Below are positions 25,239 to 39,238 of a stretch of DNA of 64,000 nt, piece after piece; positions within the stretch are counted from its first letter, which is position 1; each line of letters starts with the position of its first letter. The stretch spans positions 372,001 through 436,000 of the forward strand of contig JAKMXF010000295.1 in the NCBI GenBank assembly GCA_024704765.1. The letters run 5' to 3'. The translations under genes were made by a program, and so were the position numbers. Source of the DNA: Oopsacas minuta (taxonomy: Eukaryota > Animalia > Porifera). A model generated the notes under the pieces. That model was given only the letters and a program-made list of their open reading frames with translations. It was not told the origin of the DNA and made no database searches.

Positions 25239-26229
25239 CTATGAATAAAGAAATAATTAATAATAGTATTATAACGAAGTCCATGGATAAAAGGTGGCAC
25301 TCAATATTCGTCGAAGATATCACTTTGACGGAAATTTCTTTGAAAGGGTAATTCGGTAAATGGTAGAGTATGGAGCCTATCCTGACTTGTAAAAAGAAGA
25401 GGACATAATAGAACATAATACCGACATACATGAACTATAAGTATGTTGATAAAGAATACAGAAAAATTGGCTGAGTAAGGCAAGGAATAGACAAAACAAT
25501 ATCACAAAAAGTGAATCTGAGCTAAAATAGAATGGTTGAATCAATTGAAAGTCCATGATAATCCAATTTGTAAATTAATATTCCAAATGTCAGGACGTGA
25601 AGAGTTTGACCAATGCAAACTCATCATTGAATTATATTATCACGTACAAAAAATTTTAAATTTTACTGAATTTTGAATCTCTTCACCACTTAGATCCAAT
25701 AAATGGAATTTAGCTGGACCATGGATACTGAAATCTTTCAATTTTCACTTTCTTTTACACTCGAGGCATATAGTTTCTATCATATCTCGTCGGGTAGAGA
25801 CCAAAAGCACTATGAAATTTAGTCATCGGATATTATAGCTAAAGCAGAGATATGAACTGGTGATTATTCTTCACCCCGTTACTTGGAGAACCAGCAAGCG
25901 ATGTTTGCTCATCAACAAATGTAACGGCTTTATCCACAGGTTCATGCGCTGGGCCATGGATTAAAATGGGGCATGAAAACACCCGTGACGAATTACCTGT
26001 TTCGGGACTAGAAGGGATTATAACTTGTCGAAATGATACTTTTCAAGGTAGAGTGCCCCATCATATGTCGTGTAGCAAGGGACTGCTTCGAAGTATCCAG
26101 ACAAATAAATCAGACAAATTCGCGAATCAGTAGGCGTCATCACTGAACTAAACATATAGTAAAAAATCACAAAGTCAGAGAGACGAAAAATATATTAACT
26201 ATATCTTGATATAATCCCATGGCCCATTA

Positions 26230-28512
26230 CACAACTCAACAAGATTTCTCATCAGAGATCACATACATTTATCTTAGCATACTTTTGAATGCTGAACTCG
26301 AATCTGCAATCAGAATTTCTCTAGCACGTCTAGTTATTCTGAAATCCAATATCCATTTTTTCAATAGTATAGTATTACCTAGTTACTAAATTGCTACATG
26401 AGCATGCCTATTTTGATTCAATTATCTGGAATAGAAATGACTTTACTTATTTGAATTCAAGCAAATCAAATTATAAACATGCATCGTAATTGTAGAACTC
26501 ATCCCGACAATTTCTGTTACGTTTGTGGTCTTTTTTGCGTAAAATCACAAAGACGACCAATCACAAATCAGTTTAAGAACATATACAAATTGTACTTCGA
26601 ATGTCCACTTGGTGACCAAGACAAGTCGTGGGCACCACATGTTATATGCACTTCTTGTTCAAGTGGACTACGTGATTGGTTGAACAAAAGGAAAGTTTCA
26701 ATGCTATTTGCAATACACATGGTCTGGAGGGAACAGAAAATCACCTTGATGATTGTTACTTTTGCCTTATCGACATTACAGGATTCTCAGCCAAGAATAA
26801 GCACGCTCTTGTTTACCCAGACTTGGATTCTGCTCGCCGGCCAATTCCACACTACATGTCATTACCAATCCCAATTCCCAAGCCATAGCAAATTAAAATC
26901 GGGTCTGATATGGTGGAAGATGTTCATGCAGATTCTACAGATGCTAATTATGTCCGGAAGATGAATTACTAGAGCCACAAACATTTACACAGGGAGAATT
27001 GAATGACCTGGTCAGGGATCTAGACTTATCTAAAGACAAAGCTGAACTCCTTGCATCCAGACTCAAACAGAAAAACCTACTCGACAAAGATGTCCTAGTA
27101 TCCCACTATCGCAAGCAAATTTCGATCTCGCTCAATACTACACCACTGATGGTCCACTGTGCTATTTTAATGATACCGAAGTATTCTATGCAAACTTATT
27201 ACAAGAACATTCTTCCTCTGATAGGGGCCTTTCCATAGACTCGTCAAAACGCAGTTTGAAAGCTGTTCTGTTGCATAACGGAAATCTAAAGCCTGGCGTT
27301 CCAATTGCTCACTCCGTCTATCTCAAAGAAACCTTCGTCAATTTGCAGGAAGTTTTGGAGGCAATACAGTATAGAACACATATATGGAATATCTGCGGTG
27401 ATCTTAAGATAATCGGGCTATTGATAGGCTTGCAACAAGGTTTTACAAAGTATTGTTTTTTCCTATGTCTATGGGACAGCCGAGCAACTGGTGAGCATTA
27501 AAAAAATTTGATTGGCCGAAGAGAACCTATGAAGTGGGGAACCAATTTACAGCATTCGCCATTGGTAGATCGAAACAAAGTTTTCCTACCACCACTTCAT
27601 ACTAAACTTAGATTAATGAAAACATTCGTTAAAACAATGAACAAAACAAATTCAGCAGGATTTCTGCATTTGGTAGGCAAATTTCCGAAACTAAGCGAGG
27701 CAAAGTTAAAAGAGGGAGTATTTGTAGGACCACAAATCAGACAAGTATTCAGAGATCCAGATTTCGAGAAGACATTATCCCAATTAGAAATGAGTGCTTG
27801 GAATTCTTTCAATGGGTTTGTGAAAACCTTTTGGGCACAAGAAGTCGTCCAACTACAGAGAAGGAGTGGAAACCTTGCTTAACGCATACGAGAAGATGGG
27901 CTGTCGCATGTCGCTAAACTTCACTTCTTGCACTCTCACCTTGATTTTTTCCCTGAAAACCTTGGTGCTGTAAGTGATGAACAGGGTGAGAGATTCCACC
28001 AAGACATACAGGAGAAGGAAACCCGATACCAAGGTTTCTGGAATGAGGGCATGAAGTCCGATTACTGTTGGAGGCTCTTCAGAGATAATCCCAACAAGAT
28101 ATATAAAAGGAAGTCGTACTCTCAACACTTTTAATTTAGTTAGCCACCTTTATACTTCTAGATGGATATGTATTTCCCCTTAGTTTGTGAGTAGTTGATA
28201 CATGCATGAATGTGAATAATTATATGTAAGAGCTAGGATAATAGCTGATATTATTTTGGCATTAATCTAAAACATCGAAACGTTGATTTATTTCAGATGG
28301 CTATCATGTAAGAAGACAAAAAGACAGCCACTACCATAAAATAACAGGAAAAATTTAGGAAATACATAAAAATCGTTGACTTGTAGATGGAAAAAAAACT
28401 GGACGTGCTGGAAAGAATCTGAAAGCAGATTTGAATTCAGCGTAAAAAACTAGCTTAGATAATGTCAATCTAATACTTGATGAGAAAATGAAGTTAAATT
28501 TTGTTACCTGTG
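26230..28512 (+). mobile_element. Chapaev3-like (CMC) DNA transposon, 2283 bp
   Basis: TTA|CACAACTCAACAAGATTT ... AAATTTTGTTACCTGTG|TTA, with imperfect TIRs of about 110 bp and a 3-bp TSD. Transposase 26479-28134 has CRTHPDNFCYVCG, QDKSWAPHVIC, DCYFC, LPPLH.KL.LMK, SDEQGERFHQDI. Confidence 0.8.
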
Positions 28513-29019
28513 TTATTGTAAAACCTCGATCAGAATATCGAGGAAGCAATATAGAAAATTTCATGGGTACAGATGAATTACAATAGAACACAAATTTTTA
28601 CATTATTCGTTGGATTGCCAAGTGAAAATGTGAACAAATACCACCACTTCTCAGGACTATAAATCTAACGGGCCAAAGAATTTTAAGGTAAATTAATCTG
28701 AGGACCTTTGAACTGGGGGCCAATGCAACGGCAGGGGTCACAGCGCCCGTTGTCCCAGAAACCCCTAACTGGATGGTTTTCCAACCATACAGAAATATCA
28801 CTGGGCATACTTTCTGATAAAGCTTGGTAAATCTATTACCTTAAGGTTTGCCTCCCTGCTACTTTCATTGCACCCCTTGGGAAAATTCTGGCGAATTACC
28901 TACCACTGAACAGAAAGGTGGGCCGAATAATGGCAATTGCAGTGGACCTCCAAATTTCTCCAACCTGCCCTGGGTGTACGAGATAATTGAATGAAATTTT
29001 CCAAATCGTTAAACAATTC

Positions 29020-29191
29020 CAAGGTTGAAACCGATCGAACCAATTATCAGTATTCATGAATAGTTGCTTAACTGAATAATTATATTATTCGGTTGGTCCA
29101 AGCGACACACTGATAATAATATTTGGTTACATCAACCGAATACTGATATTCGGTTGGTAACCGAATATTGAACTATTCGGTTGCAACCTTG
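29020..29191. mobile_element. hAT-like MITE with AACCGAAT subterminal repeats
   Basis: CAAGGTTGAAACCGA ... TCGGTTGCAACCTTG; flanks AACAATTC and AATAAATC (6/8). Confidence 0.55.
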
Positions 29192-29759
29192 AATAAATCT
29201 AATTTCGTAATCAAATTTTCAAATATAATTATATATTCTACTAATTCATCACTACACTCCGGGAACTAGCAAACAAGGAGAGAGCATTAATAAAATATTT
29301 GGGTGAACTACTCTCGAACCAAGGTGACCCGATTTAGCGGAATTGATTGCACATGTATCAGTCAAATAGCATCAATAATTACAGTGGAGGCTGCTTAATC
29401 CACAGTGGCACAAAATGGCAAATTGGCGGATTAGGTATTTAAGTGGGTGCTAGTTCTGCATAATGATTTATTTATGTATGGGTTATCGGCCCAAACTAGT
29501 CGATTAAACTTATCAGATTTTATACATGGCGCGAATTTTTTGGGAATGACGTCATACCACCTCCATACCATATATGGTCAATTTTATTTTTCGCAATTTT
29601 TCAGTGATAAGCATTCAATTATGTATATTATGCTACTATATTAGTATAATATGTTGACATATACTAATTTACTAATTGATATACTATATTAAGAGCATGA
29701 ATTAAGTATTAACGTCTCCGCCATTAATTCTTGTTCAGATAGTTGATTTGTTTCATTTC

Positions 29760-30300
29760 GACCACTGATATTTCTCGATATTGAGCAAGGATAGGATCAC
29801 TCTGACTCAAGACTCTAACGAAGATGTTACTTACATTGTCTTTAAAAAAACATTTAACTAGTAAACTTCTCCCTATATCTTCTTACATAATTGTTTACGG
29901 AACCCAAGCATTCTTCAGATGAAGTCTTCAATCCGAAACCGTCATTGAAATCACTGATTAATTCTGAAGAATGTGCAAGTAATTTATGAAGAGACGGTGT
30001 TATGTTTGCCCAAGGAAATTTACAAAGTATTTCCTTATAAATATCTTTGCAAATGGAGCAGAGTTTATCAGTATCTATCCTTTTATGAGAATTATAGACC
30101 CGAAATATTACTGAGAGGTTTGTGTGAATAGTACAGAGAGCAAGTCAGTCTTCTTCAATCATCGTGGATGTAACACAAGCGACAGAATATTTTCATTGAG
30201 AAAACATATCTTGCTATATTACCTTTGGTGGTGGTACCGTAATCACTGGATGGATTATCTATTTGAAACCAAGTCTTCTCAAGCAAGAGATTACATATTC
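29760..30300 (-). pseudogene. C-terminal fragment of a Transib/RAG1-like transposase
   Basis: Hand translation: GTTTKGNIARYVF...FPWANITPSLHKLLAHSSELISDFNDGFGLKTSSEECLGSVNNYVRRYRE...IFVRVLSQSDPIL. Clearly homologous to 53051-53600. Confidence 0.8.
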
Positions 30301-31554
30301 GATGCGTAGTCTTTTCTATAAATATTTCAAAATGTATCCTTGGAATGCACTGGTTGTCTGGATTAAAGTTGTTTCTAGATAATATTATTTGATATTTCGA
30401 TTACATTAGTGCATTTCAATCTTCAGATTAACTAATTAGCAAATAAAATAGTATCTCCAAAATTCCTCTTTTGTCCGAAAGATAAACCTCGCATATTCCG
30501 TTGGTGTTATGTTCACGGTCGCTACGTTTCGCTACCCTATATCTAGTAAAATCTTGAAGGCAAACATCTCCCCTAACTGTTTCAGCCATAAAATCATGCA
30601 ACCTCGAGTGGCCTCGAAAACGTTTGGTCCAATTTCTAATTCGTTCATTCTAATATATTCTATATTTAGTACTTAGGTAATAATGGTCTTTGTACAAATA
30701 TTTTGCAACAGAATGTACCCAACCTTTTCTATGATTATAGGAAAGCTATATTGATTACATTATAAACAAAACGTGTATGTTACATTCCAACTAACTATTG
30801 GAAAATGACTTTGAAAGTATCTATAATTAGTATGAATAACATTCTTCAATATCATGAGAATTTTCACTTCACTATCGGTTCATAGCATAGTCATGAGCAA
30901 GGTAAAATTCTTTATCTAAATACATATTACATGTTATCAACTATGATGAATTCAGAAATACGACTTTCTTGAAGTTTTGAATATGAAAATCTTTACCCTA
31001 ATCAGCCATGTTTTCCCACTCTGTAATCGGGACTCGGATAATTGGGATATCCGCTGAAACGGGACAATGGTTTGGGAACAAATTATTAACATAGAAAAAT
31101 CGTAGGAGAATTGGGACATCGAATCGGTTAATCGGGATTTCTTATCCAGATTAACTCTATGTGAAAAATATATTTGCTTAATTAGGATTCTATTCCAATT
31201 AACGATTGTATATTTATTCAGAATCATTGTAAGATGGTTTGTTTTAAAAACTAGGAATCTTAATATTCTACAACCATGAAAATAGAACACCGATTCTATT
31301 ACAATTTACAAAACTAAGATTATTAACTTTGCTCACTAGCCTCAGTCCCATTACCTATTCCAATATGTGTAAATTACCTCAATAATCCAGACTCTTGGAT
31401 ATCCACACGTTTAGCTTGGTCCTATGGAGTACGGATAATTGAGCTCGCAATAATAAGTACGTGCATTATTGTTTAAACTTAAATTATATACTTAATAACT
31501 AAATTGACATTCTTGAGTAAACGATCTTTATGACCTCTCGAGCGAGACTATACC

Positions 31555-32713
31555 CTTCCTGCGGCCATAGCTGGGTCACCGTCTGTAATAATGATTTTGG
31601 GTGGATGTCAAAATGGTTTCAGGAATTCACTGAATGCCCAAGTAAATGCTTCCTCTATTTCACGATCAAGTAGTGTACATGCCAGGACTTGAGTATTTCC
31701 ATGTTTATTGACTGTACAAAAAGCGGCAAACTTAAGGGTATATTTATTTGTACCATGGGTGGTATCGAAGAGCACGATGTTAGCTTCAGAATTTTCAACC
31801 CAGCGTTCAAAACTATCAGTTAATGTCCAAAAGACTTTACTCATTGAGCTGTCTTCTGCTGTCTGTATAGCGAAATACAATCCTTTGGTAGATAGTTGTT
31901 CTTGTAGATAACTGACGAAGTTCGTTGCATCAAAACCTCTTTCTTCAACACTTGGCTGAAATTTATTGTACACATCTTGATAAGACTACGTTATTGGAAG
32001 ATGTTTTTCATGTGCTTACTTATAAAAACTTGATTAATTTTTGATGCTGTGAGACCTGCACGTTTAAGCTCAAAGCCGAGGGTATTAAATTCGAATGGTA
32101 TTTGTCGAAGGGAAGACTCCGCTAGACTAGCGCTATGACTTTCTACTAAATCGTGATTGTGTACAAAATTTCCTGTAACTACTGCCCAACCTTCAATACA
32201 TTCTTCTAAACGAATGCTATATGGACAATTACACCTTTGTGTAATGGTATTTCGTTTTTCATTTGTGAGTTTGCCCTTTTTAGCTCTGTAGCAACTTAAA
32301 ACCCTCTGCTTGCCTTTTCTAGATGTAGGTATGTAAGTTGAACTCCACACTAAGTTAAATCTCCCGCTACCAGTAGCAAGATCCAACGCCCATTCATTTA
32401 AATCTAATTTAGATGTCACATGAGATTCCCAAGGTCCTTTGAGCATATCATACGGTAGGATAGTAGACCTTGATAGAATCATTGTATCAATTCTTCTTCT
32501 GACATCCGTATGGGTTATTGATTCAGAAACACTCTGATTTTCAGAGACTTGCTCTGGGTCTACCTGGGAACATTCGTTAGGCGGTGAGTTTGTATCAATA
32601 GGATCTGGAAATTTCGAAATTATATATTGACTTTCAGTTGAAGAAATGGGACCAAATTCATCAGTATGATGATCAGGGTCGTAATTATGAAGATAATTGG
32701 GGTAGTCAATCAT
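31555..32713 (-). pseudogene. FAR1/FHY3-type MULE transposase, 3'-truncated
   Basis: 240-aa ORF with RCNCPYSIRL...VHNHDL (WRKY-GCM1/FAR1 fold), then VLFDTTHGTNKY..KFAAF and KIIITDGDPAM after a frameshift and stops. Confidence 0.8.
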
Positions 32714-34299
32714 TTCAGTTGGATGTTCGATTTCATTGTATCCAGTTAGAGAACATGAATTAAAATCGAGGAAATTATTTTGTGAAGCTATAGCTGCAAA
32801 ATATTCATCTGATTAATCGCTTGGTTCAGCCATGATAAATAGCTACGATGATTAATTCGCACAAATATAATAAATATTATCCGCAGATGGTAGGACTGAG
32901 TTACTGTGTCCCAATCAGAAAATGACCTTTTGAACCCGAAATTCAACCAAATTTGCCCAAAAATTGCATGTTAGAAATATACGTTCCCCCCTTTAGGATT
33001 ACCACGATTTTGATTAATACGAATTATTATGCATATATGGAGAAATTCGAGGCAATTTATACGAAGTTAGAAATAGAAAAATTCCTTATATGGTGCCTAA
33101 ATCCTTATTTGTCGGTTAAATCCTTATATGTCGGCCATAATACCAATAAAGGTAGGAATAATATAGAAACAACGGTTAATAATCTCTAATTGCCAACTTT
33201 ATCATACATAAATATCGTAATCGTTGTTCAATTCGTGTTCTCTAATTGCCCAGGGTTCTTAATTGTCCGCTTCGAACCCATTGCACTGGAGGACAATTAG
33301 AGAGGATCCACTGTACCAGTTTCATGAACACACAATAATTAAATATTGTGTGTTGAACATGAAAACACAGATTATCCAATGCACTGAAACATTAAGATTG
33401 AAAAATTATCCAAATTTCAGCAAACTTCTTCAATTGAAAAATCGAAAAGGGGAGATTTGAGGCTTGGCGTGAGAGCGAAGATTAACTCTAAAGCGGTAGA
33501 CTCCTTGGCTAGGCTGAGATATTTCTATTAACAAGTAGGGATTGTTCAACAGTCGTTTTGCTAGTAATATGCAAATATATTGGATGGCCCCCCAAATAAA
33601 AATTAGCCTCAGTCCTAGAGTGCAGTTAATCTGCCACTGAGTAAACTGGACGTTACTCTACCAATTAATCGATAATCTTTCTGGTTGAAATCGATCCTGA
33701 AATTACAAATTTAGATTCCAAATAGTCAGCGAATACAATCCAAACAACAATAAAGTAAATTTCTTCATGATGTTTAGGAACAATCTAGTAGTGAAGAATG
33801 GTTTCCTCAAGAAATTAGGGTTATTAGACTTTCCATCTCAGTGAAAGTGGTTACATACTTCTTCGTAGTGTTAAATCAGTATTACAAATTGATCTTCTGA
33901 TGGAAAATATTTTGATTTACGCATAAACAATTAAAAAAAAAGCTAAATTATTTCTTAATTAGAAAATAACCTAAAACACATATTTGTATTTGGAATAATA
34001 TACATTTATGATTTTGTATTGCAGTTGTGTTTACTAATTTGGCCTTTGTAAAACTTAAGAAGGGGTAGAAACCGCCTCACAACAAAACACATCATTTATA
34101 CATTATCATTTTTTGCTTTACAAATCAGACTACTTTTAGAACCCATTATAATTGACTAGCGTTACCTGATACACTGTTTACTTTCTACTAGCTGCTTCGA
34201 GTGTTTTGTTCATTGATGTCTGTTTCAAAAACTAAATAAAAATCACGAATGCGGAACTATTATGAAACTTTCTTGAAACTTGGTTTTTAGAATTTCATG

Positions 34300-37260
34300 G
34301 TAAACCGAAATGTATCTCATGTGAAGTGATCCTATCAGGTGAATCTATGAAAATTAACAAGCTACAGAGGCATCTGCATACAAAAGATCCTAATTGCGAG
34401 GATGAACCAATAAACTTTTTGAACGAAAGGTTCATCCTTTACATAGAGAAGATTCTGTAAAGGCTTCATTTACAGGAGTATATAAGGCAGCAGTGCATGC
34501 ATCATATGTAGCTTCCCACCACATTGCCAAAATTAAAAAGCTACACAGCATTGGCGAGAATTTGATACTTCCCCCCATAAACAAGTAATTGAGATCATGC
34601 TTGGAGAAATTGAGAGAAAGAAATCGAATGTGCTATCTTTGTCAAATGATACTATACGCAGAAGCATAGTTGATATGTGTGAAGATGTCCTTGGCAAATA
34701 TTGCAACTAGTCAATGAGTCAGTGTACTATGCTATTCAACTAGATGAGTCAACTGATATTGCGAATATGATTCAACGTTTTATGTTCATAAGATACATCG
34801 GTGACTGCGAGATAATTGAGAATTTCCTGTTCTGCAAAGTACTGCCTAACACTACTACTGGCTCCGATATATTGAATTACTTAAACAACGTCTTTGCATC
34901 AAAAACATTATATGGGCAAATGTATTGGAATGTGTACAGATGGATCTGCTGCCTGCACAGGTATCAGAAATGGTATTGTGAAACGAGTCTAAGATGTTAC
35001 TAAAACTGCTAAGTGGACACACTGCTTCATCCATCATGAAGCATTAGTGGCTTAGGACCACTCTCCATATCTGAATGAAACAATGAAGAATGTTGTACGA
35101 GAGGCACCGAAAAGTTTTGACATTGACCGACATATCAGATAGTAATAATAAAATTGACTATTATATTTATTCAAAATACTCTCCCTGACAATCTTTACAG
35201 TTTTTCATTCTGGCAAACCAATTATCAAAACATTTTTTCCACTCTTCTTTGGGTATGTCTCCGATCGCTGGGAAAAGCGCCCCTCTCAACTCTTCATTAG
35301 TCGAAAATCTCCTCCCACGAAATTGATCTTTGTGCCTAGGGAACAACCAGAAGTCGCAAGGGGCAAATCAGGACTGTAGGGCGGGTGAGGTAATGTTTTG
35401 AGTCCAGAATTTTCCAATAACTCACGAGTTCTGATTGCCGTATGCGATGATGCATTATCATGATGAAGAAGAATTCCTATAATGCCTGTCTTCTCCCGCT
35501 GTGACTCAATTGTTGTGATTACTTTGGGTAGGCACACTGTAGCGTACCAGTCGGCAGTAACAGTCTTTCTATCCTCGAGAGCAACAGTTTCCACAAACCC
35601 ACTAGATCTGAAAAGCATCGCCCTCATTTGTTTCTCAACAGATCTAGCCCTCCGCATTTTGGTTGAAGGTGGGGCATCTTCTTCAACCCACTCCTTTGAC
35701 ATTCGCTTTGTTTTTGGATCATAATGGCATATCCATGTCTCATCACCTGTAAGGATCTCAGAAACAGCTCTTGAACTTCCAGTAGCAAACCTTTTGAGCA
35801 TAATTTTGCAAAAGTCTATGCGGGATAATTTTTGCTGTAAGTTCAAAGAATGGGGGATCCATCGGGCACACAACTTCCTGACACAAAGTTCTTTGTGCAA
35901 AATGATATTAATTGTCCCCGATGATAACTCCGTTTCATACTCTAACTGAGCGTAAGTAATATGAGGATCTCTAGTAATTAGATCTAGCATTTCGTTAACA
36001 CTTTCTTCATTATGTGAAATATTCGGTCTTCCTGAACGAGGGGCATCTTCAAGAACAAAGTTTCCGTGAATAAATTCCCTGTACCATCGTTCAACTGTAC
36101 TTAGAGAAGGAGCTAGATCCGGGAAATGTTCCTGTAAAGATTCATAGATTTCTACTCTTGTCTTCTGTAGTTTGAATAAGATCAAAATTGTTGCTTGAAA
36201 ATCACGTTTTGTGAGATCTGATTTAGATTGAGATATTTTAGAAGCCATGTACACTAAAATTAGCAAATTTATGAAAGTAGACAAGTAGATGAATGAAAGT
36301 TTCAAAGTAGACTAATAAAATATGCCTGAAATGATGGATGCAGAAAATATCCGACAGATTAATGGTTTCATATCAAACGGCAAACTTTGCGAATGCTCTT
36401 CGTATATATAGTTCACTTTGTCAAAGCTCGACCACTTAAACAGAGACTGTTTACTGCTCTTTGTGAAGAAATGGGGGCAGAACATAAAGCCTTACTTCTA
36501 CATACTGAAGTTCGATGGTTATCTCGTGGTCGTATGCTGAACAGAGTAATTGAACTGAGAGAAGAAATTGCAGAGTTTTTGCATTTAGAGAAACATATCT
36601 TTGCAAGTAAATTATCTGACGACACTTGGTTGCCCAACTTATCTTATCTTGCTGATATTTTCGAGCACTTGATACTTTGAACCAGTTTATGCAGGGCGGT
36701 TAGAAGTTTGTACAAAATACTTAAGCTATGGAAAACCTAAGTGGAGAAAACAACTTCGAAATGTTCCTTGTATTAAATAAATTTATTGTTGGACATAATA
36801 TACTATGACTACAAATTGGAGCTGTTTGTGCTTATTTGGTACAACTAAGCACCAAATTTGATCATTATTTTGGAAATTCACTGATTTCTACTGATGAATA
36901 TGATTGACTGATTGACCCATTCTTAGTTGAGCAAAGTTGCCTTCCTTTCCTAACATTAGGAGTGGCAGGGCAGTTAATACATGCAACCGATGAACCAACT
37001 AATCGGATCTTTTTTCAAGAAAAGTCAACATATAATTTCTGGGCATGCATTCCCCCAACCTACCCCGCTATGACCAAACATGCGCTTGAAAGTGTTGATA
37101 CCTTTAGCTACAACATAGGCATGGGAAACTGGTTTCAGGACACTCACTACTCTGAAAACAAAAGCTCGAAATCGCCAGGAGGTGCAGCATGAGTTACGAC
37201 TCGCTCTCGTGCAGAACGTAAAACCACGCTTCATAGATTTCTCAACTAAAAACAAACACA
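34300..37260 (+). pseudogene. hAT Buster/Charlie (ZBED5/SCAND3-like) transposase remnant, interrupted by a mariner
   Basis: [34 protein letters not shown]. Removing the mariner restores [14 protein letters not shown]. Ends approximate. Confidence 0.85.
35098..36402 (-). mobile_element. mariner (DD34D-type) element, 1305 bp, nested in the Buster element
   Basis: TA at 35096-97 and 36403-04. Long ORF 35286-36305 with GRP, WIPH, TGDETW, HHDNASSHT, PYSPDL, and a frameshift just before the third D. Confidence 0.9.
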
Positions 37261-38974
37261 CCCCTCACATTGAAACTGGTCAATGATTTAGTGAGTAATG
37301 GCCCATAGCTATAGTATTAGTGACAAATTATTCAACATTGTGTGAACTGTGTTAACATAGTTTTCGAAATTAATAAATCTTATTTTCATGAATACAAACC
37401 ATTTTTAGCTTATAGGGTCGCAAAATAACTCAGTACCAAAAATGTGAGAAATATATGGACAGGAATGGATAATGTTACCTCCAAAACTAACATATGGAAT
37501 GCTATAATTGGGATGCATCACGAACTAATTATACATCCCGTGGGGATACAACAGAGCAAAGAGCTAAGGAAGACCCCACCAAATAAATATCAATTAATGG
37601 GGCTTATATGAATAACCCATCGTTGATATTGTTATTGTACAATCTGAGGCCTTTCCCATCAGAGAAAATGAGATAAATTAGCTCACTTATCGCTAATAGA
37701 ATTTACGGGTAAGCAAAATTAGTGGATATTTGGATATTGATGAACATTCATTAAGGATAGAAAGAATTAGGCAAAAATATTACTGGCATTTACACTTGAA
37801 GTTTAGTTGTTTTTCATCATTTTAAAATCATTCATATCCAAAATATTCAAAAAACTTTGAAGAAAGGATTAATAAACTCATAAATGCCCAGGTAAAGATT
37901 GGAAATTGATAGATAGGCAATTGACAAAAACGAATTGATAAAAAGGAAGAATCAAGTTATACTAGGTCAATTCTGCTTGAGGGTGAGTCAACTAGGTACG
38001 TATTTAGTTTTACAGTATAAATACTTATAGGTAATTCAACGGATTACTAAATTACCCGGGCATGCAAAGCAAAACCACAGACAAAAATAGATAGGTTGAA
38101 CAATAACTGACTGAAAATATGCTCATTTAGGTATTTTTAGTCACCAAATTTGGTATCTAACACAATCTTTGGACGCTGAATTTTAAGGTTCAAAAACTCT
38201 CCGCCCAAATTTTGGCAAAAGGCGTATTCACACCCAAATATAGTCAATTCCATATTTTTTGTTCTATTACGTCATCATAACACTAAATACGCAATATCCT
38301 CTCAACTAGGAACGATATTGATGAACATAAATTGCTCAGCTAAATATACATTACCATAATATGCGCATTTCAGCAAAATTTGGCGAGATGAATTAGCAAA
38401 AGAATAAAAATATATAGTTTTGATTGTAGGAGCCTGGAATTTTCATAGCACGAGAGGCACGGACTACTAAAATTACCGGACCTGACAATGCCATATCACA
38501 GTGAGAAATGCACATGCTGAACCATAGCCTTCTAATAAGGCCTACCATCAACCTCGAATTTTGGACAGGGCTATAGTAGTATACAGTAAATATTATAGTA
38601 GTATACAGAATGGTTTCATATCGCGCAAAGTACTTCTATACCTCAGTAAATGTATTACAAATATGCAGAATATCATGTCTCCAAACCAACAAAGCAAAAA
38701 ATTATCAAAAAGTGCCAATTTCTTTGCTTAATAAGCATTATTTGGAGAATATGGCCCAATCTTTGATGAGTTATAGAACGTCAAATATCGCAGCTTTGAA
38801 GTTAATTTACGAAATGATGTAAAGATGCTTTTGTAAATCATATTAACAAATTGTCATGCTAAAGTTGGCAGGGTTTTGAGTTACAGTAGTGACTTTGGGT
38901 GGTGATAATTTGTCAATATGCATTTAAAAGTCGAAAACCCTCAATGATTTAACAAAGCTCACTATTACTTATTT

Positions 38975-39126
38975 ATAGTATATACCCGATCTCGCATGCC
39001 CTTATAATACATTTTGATATGATATTTACAAGGATTATTGCATAGTCATTAGGGATTGCGTAATTATCGTAGGAGATATCATATCAACATGTACTAAAAA
39101 GTTATGGGAAATCGGGTATATACTAT
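38975..39126. mobile_element. MITE (family shared with 63386-63560)
   Basis: ATAGTATATACCCGAT / ATCGGGTATATACTAT inverted ends; internal TAATACATTTTGAT shared with the 63.4-kb copy. Confidence 0.55.
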
Positions 39127-39238
39127 CAACCGGAAATTGTGAGTTTTTGCATATGGGTTTCCCTTTACTATTTTAGAATATACTTTGAATTGTATTGCAT
39201 TCGTGCTATCACATTAATTTTTGGGAGTGTTTGTTATA

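Noticed and set aside
25239-25431. Hydrophobic first 64 aa of the 274-aa ORF (looks like a signal or TM segment)
   Set aside because: Translation of the T-rich intron end upstream of the exon-2 acceptor.
28690-28770. GQCNGRGHSARCP, resembling a gag zinc knuckle
   Set aside because: First Cys missing and no other retroelement motifs nearby; too short to support.
22833-36402. Oppositely oriented mariners flanking exon 2 as a circRNA-promoting pair
   Set aside because: They look only about 55-60% identical by eye, too diverged for stable pairing.
37985-38500. Short direct repeats (CAACTAGG; GGA.TACTAAA.TTACC.GG) about 320-420 bp apart
   Set aside because: Too short and degenerate to define an element or array.
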